A DNA stretch of 64,000 nucleotides. Origin: Anaerolineales bacterium. GTDB lineage: Bacteria; Chloroflexota; Anaerolineae; Anaerolineales; UBA11579. How positions within the stretch are numbered: position 1 is the stretch's first letter; every line of letters starts with the position of its first letter. The stretch covers positions 3,354 to 67,353 of the forward strand of contig JAGVCA010000039.1 in the NCBI GenBank assembly GCA_020059485.1, in the 5' to 3' direction. Shown in pieces: positions 45,486 to 54,769 of the stretch. Under the pieces are notes generated by a model. That model was not told the origin of the DNA. It saw nothing but the letters and a program-made list of their open reading frames with translations, and searched no databases. The translations under genes and the position numbers were made by a program.

Positions 45486-46934
45486 CTATTCCAATTTGGC
45501 CTGCTGCCAGATGGCTTCCATTTCGTCGAGAGTCATCTGAGAGAGATTCTTGCCGGCTTGGCGGGCGGCGGCTTCGATGGCCGCGAAGCGCCGTTTGAAC
45601 TTGGTATTGGTCCCCTGCAAGGCGAACTCTGCATCGATCCCCCACCAACGGGCCAGGTTGACCAGGGCGAAAAGGAAATCGCCAAACTCGCCGGCGCGTT
45701 CTTCATCGCTGACTGCGGCGCGCAGTTCGCCCAGTTCTTCCTCCAGTTTGTCAAATACGCCCTCGATCTGCGGCCAGTCAAACCCGACCCGGGCAGCCCG
45801 GCCCTGGTATTTGTCGGCTACCAGCAACGCAGGCAGGCCGAGGGGGATCCCATCGAGGACACCTTTGATCTGCTCACTATTCTGACGGCGCTCATCCTCT
45901 TTGATGGCTTCCCAATTGCGGATGACGGCATCGGCGTTGTCCAGATCGAGTTCCCCGAAGACATGCGGGTGGCGGCGGACCAGTTTGGTATGGATGCCGC
46001 GGATGACATCGGTCATATTGAACTCACCATATTCAGCCGCGATCTGGGTCTGCAGGACGATCTGGAGCAGCAGGTCGCCGAACTCTTCGGCCATGTCGGT
46101 CTGATCGTCACGGTCGATGGCGTCGAGGGCTTCGTAGGCCTCTTCCAGCAGATTGGTGCGCAGGCTCTGATGGGTTTGCTCCCGGTCCCACGGGCAGCCC
46201 TCGGGTGAACGCAGATGGGCGATCAATTCCTGGAAGCCTTCAAACGAGGTGTATTCGGGCAGGGGCGGGATGAAGAGCGAGGTCAGCAGCCCGATGTGTT
46301 CGCTGTGGTCGATCTCGTGCAGCGGGAGGGATTCGACGCGCTGGTCGGCCGTTCCGGCAGCATGGAGCAGGATGACTGGGTGTTCGTCCGGGTATTGGGC
46401 CATCAGGCTGATCTTCAGTTCCCCCGCCAACTGCTGAGAGTACAACTGAGCGATCAACGCCGGCTGATCGGGCGGGAAGAGAGGATGATAGCAGGAGGCA
46501 ATCCCGAGGGCATCAGCCAGCGAGAGCTGCGGCAAGGGGTCTATGCGCAAGGCAGTGAACGCCGGTTCAAGGAAGGAAAGCCCTTCGATCACCCGGACCG
46601 GAATGCCCTGCTCCTGTGCCTGACGGACGATCTGCGGGCAGGTATCTTCGGCGACAAAGGGATGCCCGGGAACGGCGTACAACACGCCTTGTGGACGTTG
46701 GCCAAGTGCCAGCACCTCGGCGGTGATACGGCGGTAGACCGCCGGGAAATCAGGCTCCTGTTCGTAGAAATGGTCAAAACTGTGAACCTGCAGTCCGGCC
46801 GGGAGACCGGCAACGGTCGGGTGCTGACTGGTGCGCAGGTAGAGCTCGACGGCGGATTCGAGGGTCTGCCAGGCTTCGAGGGTCAGGTGGCCGGGGTCTC
46901 CGGGGCCAAGCCCGATGATGGTGATACCTGTCAT
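45486..46934 (-). CDS. Tetrapyrrole-methylase-like domain fused to MazG nucleoside triphosphate pyrophosphohydrolase (YabN type)
   Basis: Start moved to the ATG at 46934 (MTGITIIGLGPGDPGHLTLEA). The C-terminal half carries tandem MazG motifs (EEAYEALDAI...EFGDLLLQIV; EELGELRAAV...EFGDFLFALVN). Confidence 0.88.
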   Translation of the reverse strand: MTGITIIGLGPGDPGHLTLEAWQTLESAVELYLRTSQHPTVAGLPAGLQVHSFDHFYEQEPDFPAVYRRITAEVLALGQRPQGVLYAVPGHPFVAEDTCPQIVRQAQEQGIPVRVIEGLSFLEPAFTALRIDPLPQLSLADALGIASCYHPLFPPDQPALIAQLYSQQLAGELKISLMAQYPDEHPVILLHAAGTADQRVESLPLHEIDHSEHIGLLTSLFIPPLPEYTSFEGFQELIAHLRSPEGCPWDREQTHQSLRTNLLEEAYEALDAIDRDDQTDMAEEFGDLLLQIVLQTQIAAEYGEFNMTDVIRGIHTKLVRRHPHVFGELDLDNADAVIRNWEAIKEDERRQNSEQIKGVLDGIPLGLPALLVADKYQGRAARVGFDWPQIEGVFDKLEEELGELRAAVSDEERAGEFGDFLFALVNLARWWGIDAEFALQGTNTKFKRRFAAIEAAARQAGKNLSQMTLDEMEAIWQQAKLE

Positions 46935-46935
46935 C

Positions 46936-47628
46936 TCAATCCTCCGGTTCCTGCGGGTCCAACCCGCCGGGAAAGACATCCAGGTGCGGAGTGGCGCCGA
47001 CAAAATACAGCCGCCACGGCTCCCATTCCACCGAGCGGCTGGACTGGTCGTGGCGGATATATTCAACATAGGTGATGGCAGTGTTGTGGAGGTGCAGATA
47101 GACCGAGCGGGACAGGGCGGCATTGTAGATCACGTCCATAAAGGCGTTGATAGTCCAGCCGTGCGTGATGACGACCACACGCTGCCCGAGGTGATCACGG
47201 GTCAGATCGGTGAGGAAGCTGCCGGCGCGGGTGCGCAGGTCATTATAGGATTCAATCCCGGCGGGCTGTTCGGCGAAACGGGTGTAAGGCTCGGTGCGCA
47301 GTTTGACCACTTTGCGGATCGGCAGCAGGTCATCCTCGACCGGCCGGGCATCGTCGTAGGAATAGCCGCCTTCGCGGATGCGGTGGTCCGTGACGGCAGT
47401 GAGGCCGAAGCGGTCCTCGAAGTATTTGGCGGTTTGGACGGCCCGGTTGAGCGAACTGGTGTAGAGGGCATCGATCCGCCCGATTTGGCTCCCAAGCCAA
47501 TCGGCAGCTTGCTGTGCTTCCTGGCGGCCCTGGTCGGTGAGATGGGAATTCATCTGTGCATTGCTGACGATGTTATCCCAGCGGAGGTTGGTCTCGCTCT
47601 GTCCGTGGCGGATGAGGAAAAGGTGCAT
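46936..47628 (-). CDS. Histidine phosphatase family protein (phosphoglycerate mutase-like)
   Basis: 230 aa. MHLFLIRHGQSETN carries the RHG motif, and a later ITHG is present. Confidence 0.88.
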   Translation of the reverse strand: MHLFLIRHGQSETNLRWDNIVSNAQMNSHLTDQGRQEAQQAADWLGSQIGRIDALYTSSLNRAVQTAKYFEDRFGLTAVTDHRIREGGYSYDDARPVEDDLLPIRKVVKLRTEPYTRFAEQPAGIESYNDLRTRAGSFLTDLTRDHLGQRVVVITHGWTINAFMDVIYNAALSRSVYLHLHNTAITYVEYIRHDQSSRSVEWEPWRLYFVGATPHLDVFPGGLDPQEPED

Positions 47629-47750
47629 AAGATCTCCAAAGGTTGAATTTCAGACAACAGCGTCAATGATACCAAAGTTTGGTCAGTTGGTCGGATAGTC
47701 TGATGGTCGGATGATTGGCAGATTGGCCTGAAAATCCAAAGAATATTAGC

Positions 47751-47778
47751 AACCACAGATGGACACAGATAAACACAG
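47751..47778 (+). repeat. Left arm of the imperfect inverted repeat (10-nt-periodic CACAGAT units)
   Basis: AACCACAGATGGACACAGATAAACACAG matches the reverse complement of 48384-48414 at 24 of 28 positions. Confidence 0.75.
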
Positions 47779-47970
47779 CCGGGGATCAAAGGTGACTCAG
47801 ATCAGGCTTGCGGTCGAATGAAATAATTTATAATGCAGATGGGTAGGATCACTCTAGAAAAGCAGGTAAAAAAAATGGATCAAGGGGAAGCAAGTATTTA
47901 TACCAAGTTCTTGCGGTCGAAGGACTCCTCAAAATAATTGCTTACATTTATTGCGCGATGTCTTGTTATT

Positions 47971-48261
47971 ATGCTGCTTTTCTCGCTATTTGGAATTCAC
48001 TTTTCACTAATTTCTCAAGGCGTGCTGCTATCCATCTTTGTTACAGACAGTTATTCGAAACCAGGTTTTTTGCTGCTGGCTAAGCTAGCCAAACTTGATG
48101 TCTCAGATTTGAATTATCGCCTAGTAAAGATTGAGTGGTGGCAAATCCCAATCCGTGTTATCCAAATTGTCATTTTTGCCTCGCCAGCTTTGCTCGGATT
48201 ATTGTTTCTGATCACTCGCGGCTTTCTGGAGCAAAAACTGATATTCCAGTTCACCAGATAG
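47971..48261 (+). CDS. Possible small 3-TM membrane protein inside the AT-rich island
   Basis: This is the only ORF of 60 aa or more in the island. The in-frame ATG at 47971 gives MLLFSLFGIHFSLISQGVLLSIF... with three hydrophobic segments. Its composition differs from the rest of the genome. No family recognised. Confidence 0.3.
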   Translation: MLLFSLFGIHFSLISQGVLLSIFVTDSYSKPGFLLLAKLAKLDVSDLNYRLVKIEWWQIPIRVIQIVIFASPALLGLLFLITRGFLEQKLIFQFTR

Positions 48262-48383
48262 GGAAACTAGAATTAAAAACCTGTGAAGGTTTTCGATACC
48301 AACATCCACAACGAATTTTGGTTCATTAGATTCCATAAACAAATCCCTGATTCTTACTCTTAGCCTAGATAAGCATTAACCTC

Positions 48384-48414
48384 CATCTGTGTCCATCTGT
48401 GTTCATCAGTGGTT
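48384..48414 (-). repeat. Right arm of the imperfect inverted repeat
   Basis: The plus strand reads CATCTGTGTCCATCTGTGTTCATCAGTGGTT. The reverse complement is AACCACTGATGAACACAGATGGACACAGATG. Confidence 0.75.
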
Positions 48415-48437
48415 CCAAACTCTTATAACCTGAGAAC

Positions 48438-48448
48438 TATCTGTGGTT
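48438..48448 (-). repeat. Additional short copy of the repeat head
   Basis: TATCTGTGGTT is the reverse complement of AACCACAGATA. Confidence 0.5.
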
Positions 48449-48461
48449 CCACAATCATTAA

Positions 48462-48497
48462 CCCAAAAACCGCGATGGATGGCATCCACCGCGGTTT
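48462..48497 (-). terminator. Intrinsic terminator of the rplM-rpsI (and upstream ribosomal) transcription unit
   Basis: On the minus strand AAACCGCG-G-TGGAT-GCC-ATCCA-T-CGCGGTTT is followed by TTGGGTT, giving a run of five U. It lies about 20 nt after the rpsI stop. Confidence 0.75.
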
Positions 48498-48518
48498 GAA
48501 AAACCTGGTTGGGTCAGA

Positions 48519-48911
48519 TCAACGCTTGGTGTAGGTCGGGGCCTTGCGGGCGCGCTTGAGGCCGGGCTTCTTGCGTTCCTTGACGCGCGGGTCGCGGGTC
48601 AGGTGACCGCCATGGCGCATGGCGCGGTCCACGTCCGGGTTCATTTTGACCAGGGCGCGGGCCAGTCCCATCCGGACAGCGCCGACCTGACCGGTGATGC
48701 CGCCGCCCTGCACGATGACGGACACATCCACCGAGCCTTTGGAGCCAGCGTCAGTCAGCGGTGAGAGGATAATATCCAGGTCGCCGAAGCGCGGGAAGTA
48801 ATCATCCACCTTCTTGCCGTTGACCACAAACTCGCCGCTGCCGCTCATGATGCGGACCCGAGCGCTTGCACTCTTGCGGCGGCCAATACCTTCGTAATAT
48901 TGCTCTGCCAT
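48519..48911 (-). CDS. rpsI: 30S ribosomal protein S9
   Basis: 130 aa. MAEQYYEGIGRRKSASARV...GGGITGQVGAVRMGLARAL...LTRDPRVKERKKPGLKRARKAPTYTKR. Confidence 0.97.
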   Translation of the reverse strand: MAEQYYEGIGRRKSASARVRIMSGSGEFVVNGKKVDDYFPRFGDLDIILSPLTDAGSKGSVDVSVIVQGGGITGQVGAVRMGLARALVKMNPDVDRAMRHGGHLTRDPRVKERKKPGLKRARKAPTYTKR

Positions 48912-48921
48912 ATCTTTCTCC

Positions 48922-49350
48922 TTACGCCAACGGTTTCGGGTTCTGAGCCTGGTGCGGGTGCTCAGGGCCGGAATAGACCTTGAGCTTCTTCAACAGGTTG
49001 CGCCCGTGGGTATTCTTGGGCAGCATGCCCTTGACCGCAGCCGTGATGACCCGGTCAGGGTTCTTTTTGAGCTGATGGCCCAGGCTGACCTCTTTGATCC
49101 CACCGGGATAACCGGAATGGCGGTAATACTTTTTATCTTCCAGTTTATTACCTGTGACCGTGATGCGCTCACAATTGACAACGACGACAAAATTGCCCAT
49201 ATCTACACCGGGGGTGTAATTGGGTTTGTCTTTACCCAGCAGGGTGTGGGCGATCTGCGATGCTAAGCGGCCCAGGGTTTGACCGTTGGCATCAACGATA
49301 AACCACTCCTGGGTGATCTCGCCTGCTTTTGGATGATAGGTTTTATCCAC
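48922..49350 (-). CDS. rplM: 50S ribosomal protein L13
   Basis: Start moved to the GTG at 49350, preceded by GAGG. (M)[39 protein letters not shown]...[10 protein letters not shown]. The listed ORF 48922..49689 over-extends into truA. Confidence 0.95.
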   Translation of the reverse strand: MDKTYHPKAGEITQEWFIVDANGQTLGRLASQIAHTLLGKDKPNYTPGVDMGNFVVVVNCERITVTGNKLEDKKYYRHSGYPGGIKEVSLGHQLKKNPDRVITAAVKGMLPKNTHGRNLLKKLKVYSGPEHPHQAQNPKPLA

Positions 49351-49381
49351 AACAACCTCACTTTTTATATATTCAAGTTCT

Positions 49382-50134
49382 TCAAGATACTTCCGGCGGA
49401 TACTCCACCGCGAGCAGCACCAGTCCGTGGGCCGGGGCAAGACCCTGGATGATGCCTGCCGCTGAATCGGCCAGCGCGGCGGTGAGCGTCTCAATCTCCG
49501 CTTTGCCCAGTGCGATCTCCACCTGGAGGAACACCATTCGGCGCACCATGTGGTAGAGAAAGGCATTGGCGCAGACCAGGTAGCGGATCTCACTGCCGGA
49601 AAACTGCCATTCGGAGCGGTAGACGTTCCGGATGGTGGCGCCCCCTTCGATGGGGGAAGTGCCAAAGGCAGCGAAATCATGCTCGCCAATCAGCAAGCCG
49701 GCACAGGTCTGCAGCAGTGCATGCTCCGGTTGGGGCCACACCCGCCAGGCATAGCGTTCTCGCAGTGGGTTGCGAGTCGGCTCGGTGATGATGCGGTACT
49801 CGTAAGTGCGAGAAAGCGCATCAAACCTGGGATGAAATTCGGGCGGGGCCTGCCGGACATCCCGGACGCTAATCTCCGGGGGGAGATTGGCGTTGAGGGC
49901 GTTCTGCAGGTCTATCAGCGGATGCTGCCAGTCAAGGTCAAAAGCAACAACCTGGCCGGCGGCATGTACGCCGGCATCCGTGCGGCCGGCGGCCAGCAGT
50001 GAGCTGCCCTGCCAGCCGATCTGCCGCAGGGCGTTTTCGACTGCGCCCTGAACGGTATCGGCGTTGGCCTGACGCTGCATCCCGCTGAATGCTGTGCCGT
50101 CGTATCCGATAATCACTTGGTAACGTGCCATCAT
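49382..50134 (-). CDS. truA: tRNA pseudouridine(38-40) synthase
   Basis: 250 aa with [18 protein letters not shown] ... [14 protein letters not shown] (catalytic Asp) ... [10 protein letters not shown]. Confidence 0.95.
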   Translation of the reverse strand: MMARYQVIIGYDGTAFSGMQRQANADTVQGAVENALRQIGWQGSSLLAAGRTDAGVHAAGQVVAFDLDWQHPLIDLQNALNANLPPEISVRDVRQAPPEFHPRFDALSRTYEYRIITEPTRNPLRERYAWRVWPQPEHALLQTCAGLLIGEHDFAAFGTSPIEGGATIRNVYRSEWQFSGSEIRYLVCANAFLYHMVRRMVFLQVEIALGKAEIETLTAALADSAAGIIQGLAPAHGLVLLAVEYPPEVS

Positions 50135-50172
50135 TCCCGGCCGGGCCGGGTGATTCCGATCAATGACCGGAC

Positions 50173-50550
50173 TTACTCAACCAGTTCCAGAATAACCATT
50201 TCCGAGCTGTCGCCTTCGCGGCGGCCGAGTTTGAGCAATCGGGTGTATCCACCATTGCGGTCGGCATAGCGGGGGGCGATCTCGTCAAAAAGCTTGAGGA
50301 CAATAGCATCCTCGGCCAGGCGGGACTGAGCCAGCCGACGGGCATGCACGATCCTGGTGTTGTCCTCGGTGGCGAGGGCACGCTTGGCCAAGGTGATCAG
50401 GCGCTCGGCCTGACCGCGGATGGCCTGTGCTTTGGCCCGGGTGGTCTGGATGCGTTCGTGTTCGAACAACTGTTTGACCATCACCCGGCGCAGGGCATTG
50501 CGGGCGCCGACGTGACGGCTGAGTCTCTTACCTACTACTTTGTGTCGCAT
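50173..50550 (-). CDS. rplQ: 50S ribosomal protein L17
   Basis: 125 aa. MRHKVVGKRLSRHVGARNALRRVMVKQLFEHERIQTTRAKA. Confidence 0.97.
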   Translation of the reverse strand: MRHKVVGKRLSRHVGARNALRRVMVKQLFEHERIQTTRAKAQAIRGQAERLITLAKRALATEDNTRIVHARRLAQSRLAEDAIVLKLFDEIAPRYADRNGGYTRLLKLGRREGDSSEMVILELVE

Positions 50551-50552
50551 GA

Positions 50553-51548
50553 TTAATCTTCCTCCTCAGAGACGGCTTCTTCAGCGCCGTCTCCTTCGGG
50601 TGCATCAAGGTATCCCTTTTCGGCCATCTTTTCGACCAGTTCGTCCATGCTTTTCTCACCGAAGTTGCGGATGGACATGATGGCATCCTCACCCTTCTCC
50701 AGCAGTTCCAACACCTCGCCGACGGTGATAATCCCGGCGCGCTTGAGGGAGTTGAAGACCCGGACGGAGAGGTCGAGGTTTTCGATCGGGGTTTCATAGA
50801 TCTCGCTGGTCAGACGTCCGTCGATGGTTTCCACCTCTTCCGCGGGGGCGAGGGAGATCTCGGTGACGCCGGCGATGTGCCGGAGGTGCTCGATCAAAAT
50901 GCCGGCTCCGGTGCTCATGGCTTCTTCCGGTGGGACAGTGCCGTCCGACCAGATCTCCATGATCAGTTTATCGTAGTTGGTGCTCTGCCCAACGCGGGCC
51001 TGGCCAACTTCCCAGTTGACCTGCTTGACCGGGGTAAAGATGGCATCGACTGGCAATTCACCAATCGGCAGCCGGCCGCTGCGGTCTTCCGCCGGGGAGT
51101 AGCCGCGTCCGCGCTCGACGGTCATTTCGATCTCGAGCTTGGTCTTGCTGCTGTCGGAGGTGAACAGGTACATATCGGGGTTGACAATCTCAACCTCGGG
51201 AGGGGAGATAATGTCAGCCGCAGTGACAACGCCTTCGCCGCGCACCTCAAGGTGCAGGCGGGCAGTGTCCACGTCCATCAGTTTCAGCCGGATCTGTTTC
51301 AGCTGCAGCATGATCTGGATGACATCTTCCCGGATCCCGGGGATGTCGGAGAACTCGTGCTGCACATCTGTGATCCGGATCGAGCTAATGGCCGCGCCTT
51401 CGAGAGAGGAGAGCAGGACCCGGCGCAGGGCATTACCCAGCGTCGAGCCATAGCCGCGTTCCAGCGGACTGATGATGTACATCCCATAATTGCGCGATTC
51501 TGCCTCGCGCTCGATCCTCGGGGTGACCATATTACTTAGAACAATCAC
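50553..51548 (-). CDS. rpoA: DNA-directed RNA polymerase subunit alpha
   Basis: 331 aa with PLERGYGSTLGNALRRVLLSSL and the C-terminal domain block LDLSVRVFNSLKRAGIITVGEL. GTG start preceded by AAGGA. Confidence 0.96.
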   Translation of the reverse strand: MIVLSNMVTPRIEREAESRNYGMYIISPLERGYGSTLGNALRRVLLSSLEGAAISSIRITDVQHEFSDIPGIREDVIQIMLQLKQIRLKLMDVDTARLHLEVRGEGVVTAADIISPPEVEIVNPDMYLFTSDSSKTKLEIEMTVERGRGYSPAEDRSGRLPIGELPVDAIFTPVKQVNWEVGQARVGQSTNYDKLIMEIWSDGTVPPEEAMSTGAGILIEHLRHIAGVTEISLAPAEEVETIDGRLTSEIYETPIENLDLSVRVFNSLKRAGIITVGEVLELLEKGEDAIMSIRNFGEKSMDELVEKMAEKGYLDAPEGDGAEEAVSEEED

Positions 51549-51570
51549 AGAATATTCCTTCCCCTACCAG

Positions 51571-51594
51571 CGGCTGGCTGGCGCCAGCCAGCCG
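51571..51594. other. Perfect 24-nt GC-rich palindrome between rpsD and rpoA
   Basis: CGGCTGGCTGGCGCCAGCCAGCCG. There is no adjacent U-tract on the transcribed strand. Confidence 0.6.
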
Positions 51595-51608
51595 CCTTCG
51601 GATTCTAA

Positions 51609-52247
51609 CTATCGGGAGTAGTACTCCACAATCAACTGCTCGTTGAGGTTGGCATCAATCTCAGGGCGTTCCGGCAGCCGGACGATCGCGCCACTCATAT
51701 CTTTGAGGTTGCGGGTGATCCAGTCTGGCACGTTGCGCTCTTCGGCCATGGCCATCAAGTCCTTGATCAAGGTCTTGCCGCGCGAGCCTTCCCGCACCTG
51801 GATGACATCTCCGGGCTTGACGAGCATGGAGGGGACATCTGTGCGGCGGTCGTTGACGGTGAAATGACCGTGGGTGACCAACTGCCGGGCCTGAGCGCGG
51901 CTGCTGGCAAAGCCCATCCGGTAGATGACGTTATCAAGCCGGGTTTCCAGGATCTGAAGCATGGTCAGACCGGTCAAACCGCGCGCTTTAACCGCCTGGC
52001 GGTAGTAGCGCCGGAACTGGCGTTCAAGCACACCATAGACGCGGCGTGCTTTCTGCTTGGCACGCAGCTGGGTGCCATAGTCGGATGATCTCGAACGAGA
52101 CCATTGGGCCATTCGGCCGTGTTGTCCGGGGGGATAAGCGCGCTTTTCAATGGCGCACTTGGGCGAATAGCAGCGTTCGCCCTTGAGAAAGAGTTTCTCA
52201 CCCTCCCGACGACACAGTTTACATACAGGACCAGAATATCTAGCCAT
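51609..52247 (-). CDS. rpsD: 30S ribosomal protein S4
   Basis: 212 aa. [26 protein letters not shown]...[11 protein letters not shown]4 RNA-binding domain. Confidence 0.97.
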   Translation of the reverse strand: MARYSGPVCKLCRREGEKLFLKGERCYSPKCAIEKRAYPPGQHGRMAQWSRSRSSDYGTQLRAKQKARRVYGVLERQFRRYYRQAVKARGLTGLTMLQILETRLDNVIYRMGFASSRAQARQLVTHGHFTVNDRRTDVPSMLVKPGDVIQVREGSRGKTLIKDLMAMAEERNVPDWITRNLKDMSGAIVRLPERPEIDANLNEQLIVEYYSR

Positions 52248-52290
52248 TTACTTAATCCTCACTTCTTCCTGCGTTATCGGAAATGTTAAT

Positions 52291-52689
52291 TTACACCCGC
52301 CGCCGTTTTGGGGGCCGGCAGCCGTTGTGCGGCACCGGAGTGATATCGGCGATGGAGTTGACTTTGACTTCGGTGGCCTGGACGGCACGGATCGCAGATT
52401 CGCGTCCCGGGCCGGGGCCTTTTACGATCAGATCGACCTCGCGCAGGCCCAGGTCCATGGCGGCTTTGAGAGCCTTTTCCATAGCCAGGCGGGCGGCGAA
52501 GGGGGTTGATTTACGGGAGCCTTTGAAGCCCACTGCCCCGGCGCTGGCCCAGGAAACGGTGTTTCCCTGCTGGTCGGTGATCGTCACGATGGTATTGTTA
52601 AAGGTAGCAAAGACATGGATCTGGCCGGAAGATAATTGCTTCTTGGCCTTCTTTGGTCCACGTCGTGAGCGTTGCGGTCGCTTTGCCAT
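52291..52689 (-). CDS. rpsK: 30S ribosomal protein S11
   Basis: 132 aa with [20 protein letters not shown]...[13 protein letters not shown]...[16 protein letters not shown]. Confidence 0.97.
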   Translation of the reverse strand: MAKRPQRSRRGPKKAKKQLSSGQIHVFATFNNTIVTITDQQGNTVSWASAGAVGFKGSRKSTPFAARLAMEKALKAAMDLGLREVDLIVKGPGPGRESAIRAVQATEVKVNSIADITPVPHNGCRPPKRRRV

Positions 52690-52725
52690 ATCTTGATAAT
52701 CCTTTCTCGCAGCAATAGCCGGAGG

Positions 52726-53115
52726 CTATTTCTTGGTGGCGCCTCTGCGGCGGCCGCGCCCGGCAACAGTTTTCTTGGGGCCTTTGCAGGTGCGGGCATT
52801 GGTGCGGGTACGCTGGCCGCGGACAGGCAGATTGCGGCGGTGGCGCAGGCCGCGGTAGCTGCCGATCTCGATGAGCCGCTTGATGTTCATCTGGGTCTCG
52901 CGGCGCAGGTCACCTTCAACCGTCAGGTTGTTGATGATGTAATCACGCACCTGGGCGATATCGGTATCCGTCAGGTCGCGGACACGGGTGTCCGGGCTGA
53001 TGTTGGTAGCCGCCAGGATCTGCTTTGAGGTTTGAAGCCCGACGCCATAGATATAGGTCAGGCCGATTTCAACGCGCTTGTCACGCGGGAGGTCAACACC
53101 TTCGATACGTGCCAT
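52726..53115 (-). CDS. rpsM: 30S ribosomal protein S13
   Basis: 129 aa. [26 protein letters not shown]...[21 protein letters not shown]. Confidence 0.97.
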   Translation of the reverse strand: MARIEGVDLPRDKRVEIGLTYIYGVGLQTSKQILAATNISPDTRVRDLTDTDIAQVRDYIINNLTVEGDLRRETQMNIKRLIEIGSYRGLRHRRNLPVRGQRTRTNARTCKGPKKTVAGRGRRRGATKK

Positions 53116-53124
53116 ATGTTCCCT

Positions 53125-53238
53125 CTACCCTTGTCTCTGTTTGTGTTTTGGATCACTGCAAATCACGAACAACCGGCCTTTGCGGCGTACGAATTTACAC
53201 TTTCCACAACGTTTTCTTACTGAAGATGATACCTTCAT
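53125..53238 (-). CDS. rpmJ: 50S ribosomal protein L36 (zinc-ribbon C3H form)
   Basis: Too short for the ORF track. Hand translation gives [37 protein letters not shown] followed by a stop. Confidence 0.93.
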   Translation of the reverse strand: MKVSSSVRKRCGKCKFVRRKGRLFVICSDPKHKQRQG

Positions 53239-53308
53239 CATTAACTCCTTTTACAAGCCAAAACAATTCATTTTACTGCTTTTATGCGATTTCGTCTAGG
53301 CTTATTTG

Positions 53309-54079
53309 TTAAACTGCTGTCAAAATCCATGGTTCGCCATCAGTGACAGCCACGCTGTGCTCGGTGTGAGCGGTCAGCGAACCATCCGCCGACGAGACTG
53401 CCCACTGATCAGCCTGGACCCGGGTATAGGGTGTGCCGATCAGGACCATTGGTTCGAGGGCAATGGTCATGCCCGGTCGCAGCACCATGCCCCGGCCAGG
53501 CAGCCCCCAGTTTGGGACTTGCGGGCCTTCGTGCATCTTGCGGCCAACGCCGTGCCCGGTATATTCCCGAGGCACATGAAAGCCGAAGCTCTCGACATGC
53601 TTCTGGATGGCGGCGGAAACGTCTCCGACCCGGTTGCCGGCCCGCAGTTTGCTGATGCCGATCTCCAGGGCTTTACTGGTGACTTCCAGCAAGGTCCGGA
53701 CCTGCTGGGAGACCTCGCCCACCCCAACCGAGAAGGCTGAGTCGGCCACAAAGCCCTGATAAACGGTACCGCAGTCTATCGAGACCAGGTCGCCTTCCTG
53801 GATGACCCGCTTGCCGGGGATGGCGTGGACCATTTCCTCGTTAACACACGAGTTGATGGTGGCCGGGTACGGCGTGGGGCCAGGGTATCCAAGGAAAGCC
53901 GGGATAGCGCCATGATCGCGGATGACGGTTTCGGCGATCTTGTCAAGTTCGCCGGTGGTCACCCCGGGTGCGATCGCCTCACGGACAGCCTGCAGCGCCA
54001 GGGCGTTGATCCGTCCGGCGGCGCGCATGATCTCCAGTTCGGCTTGGTTCTTGATGACGACGTTACGTTCCCAGGCCAT
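53309..54079 (-). CDS. map: Type I methionine aminopeptidase
   Basis: 256 aa with GDLVSIDCG...YTGHGVGRKMHE...ALEPM...HTEHSV. Confidence 0.95.
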   Translation of the reverse strand: MAWERNVVIKNQAELEIMRAAGRINALALQAVREAIAPGVTTGELDKIAETVIRDHGAIPAFLGYPGPTPYPATINSCVNEEMVHAIPGKRVIQEGDLVSIDCGTVYQGFVADSAFSVGVGEVSQQVRTLLEVTSKALEIGISKLRAGNRVGDVSAAIQKHVESFGFHVPREYTGHGVGRKMHEGPQVPNWGLPGRGMVLRPGMTIALEPMVLIGTPYTRVQADQWAVSSADGSLTAHTEHSVAVTDGEPWILTAV

Positions 54080-54096
54080 AATTTCTTTCTTAAGGT

Positions 54097-54753
54097 TCAG
54101 TTGGCTGCCGGGATCACGCCCAGCAGCGCCTGGTTGACCAGTTCGATGTCCCGGTTGCCATCGATCTCAACCAGGACGCCGCGTTCACGGTAGTATTCGA
54201 TCAGCGGTGCGGTCTGTTCGAAGTACACCTTGATGCGGTTGGTGACCGTTTCAGCCCTGTCATCGGGGCGCTGGTAAAGCTCGGCCCTGTCGATGTCACA
54301 TACGCCCGGCTCGGCCGGGGGGTTGAAGCTGGTGTGGTAAATCCGGCCGCACTGCTTGCAGGTCCATCTTCCGGTCAGGCGCTGGATGAGGACCTCTTCT
54401 GGCACCCTGATGAACGGGACAACATCGATCTGCTGCCCGGTCTCAGCCAGGGTTTCATCCAGGGCCGCGGCTTGCGCGCTGGTGCGCGGGAAGCCATCCA
54501 GGATGGCGCCTTTGGCGCAGTCTGGGCGGCTGAGGCGGTCGACGACCATCTTGATGGTGAGATCGTCCGGGACCAGCTCACCGGCATCGATATAGCTTGA
54601 GGCCAGTTTACCCAGTTCGGTCTGGTTTTTAATGTTCTCCCGGAACAAGTCTCCGGAGGAGACATGCGGCAGGTTGGTCTTTTCGGCCAGCAAATTGGCC
54701 TGTGTACCTTTGCCCGCCCCCGGGGCGCCCAACATGACAATGTTGACCGGCAT
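54097..54753 (-). CDS. adk: Adenylate kinase (Zn-lid type)
   Basis: 218 aa with GAPGAGKGTQA and the lid CKQCGRIYH...CDID. Confidence 0.96.
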   Translation of the reverse strand: MPVNIVMLGAPGAGKGTQANLLAEKTNLPHVSSGDLFRENIKNQTELGKLASSYIDAGELVPDDLTIKMVVDRLSRPDCAKGAILDGFPRTSAQAAALDETLAETGQQIDVVPFIRVPEEVLIQRLTGRWTCKQCGRIYHTSFNPPAEPGVCDIDRAELYQRPDDRAETVTNRIKVYFEQTAPLIEYYRERGVLVEIDGNRDIELVNQALLGVIPAAN

Positions 54754-54769
54754 TCCCTGTTCCTGTCTC

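Noticed and set aside
47751-48452. Possible CRISPR array, suggested by the short tandem CACAGAT-type units
   Set aside because: The units are only about 10 nt and are directly adjacent with no spacers. They occur as an inverted pair around an AT-rich segment. No cas genes are present.
48922-49689. 255-aa extended version of the L13 ORF
   Set aside because: The N-terminal roughly 110 aa overlap truA on the same strand in another frame and are Ser/Pro/Ala/Trp-rich. L13 homology begins at the GTG at 49350, which has its own SD.
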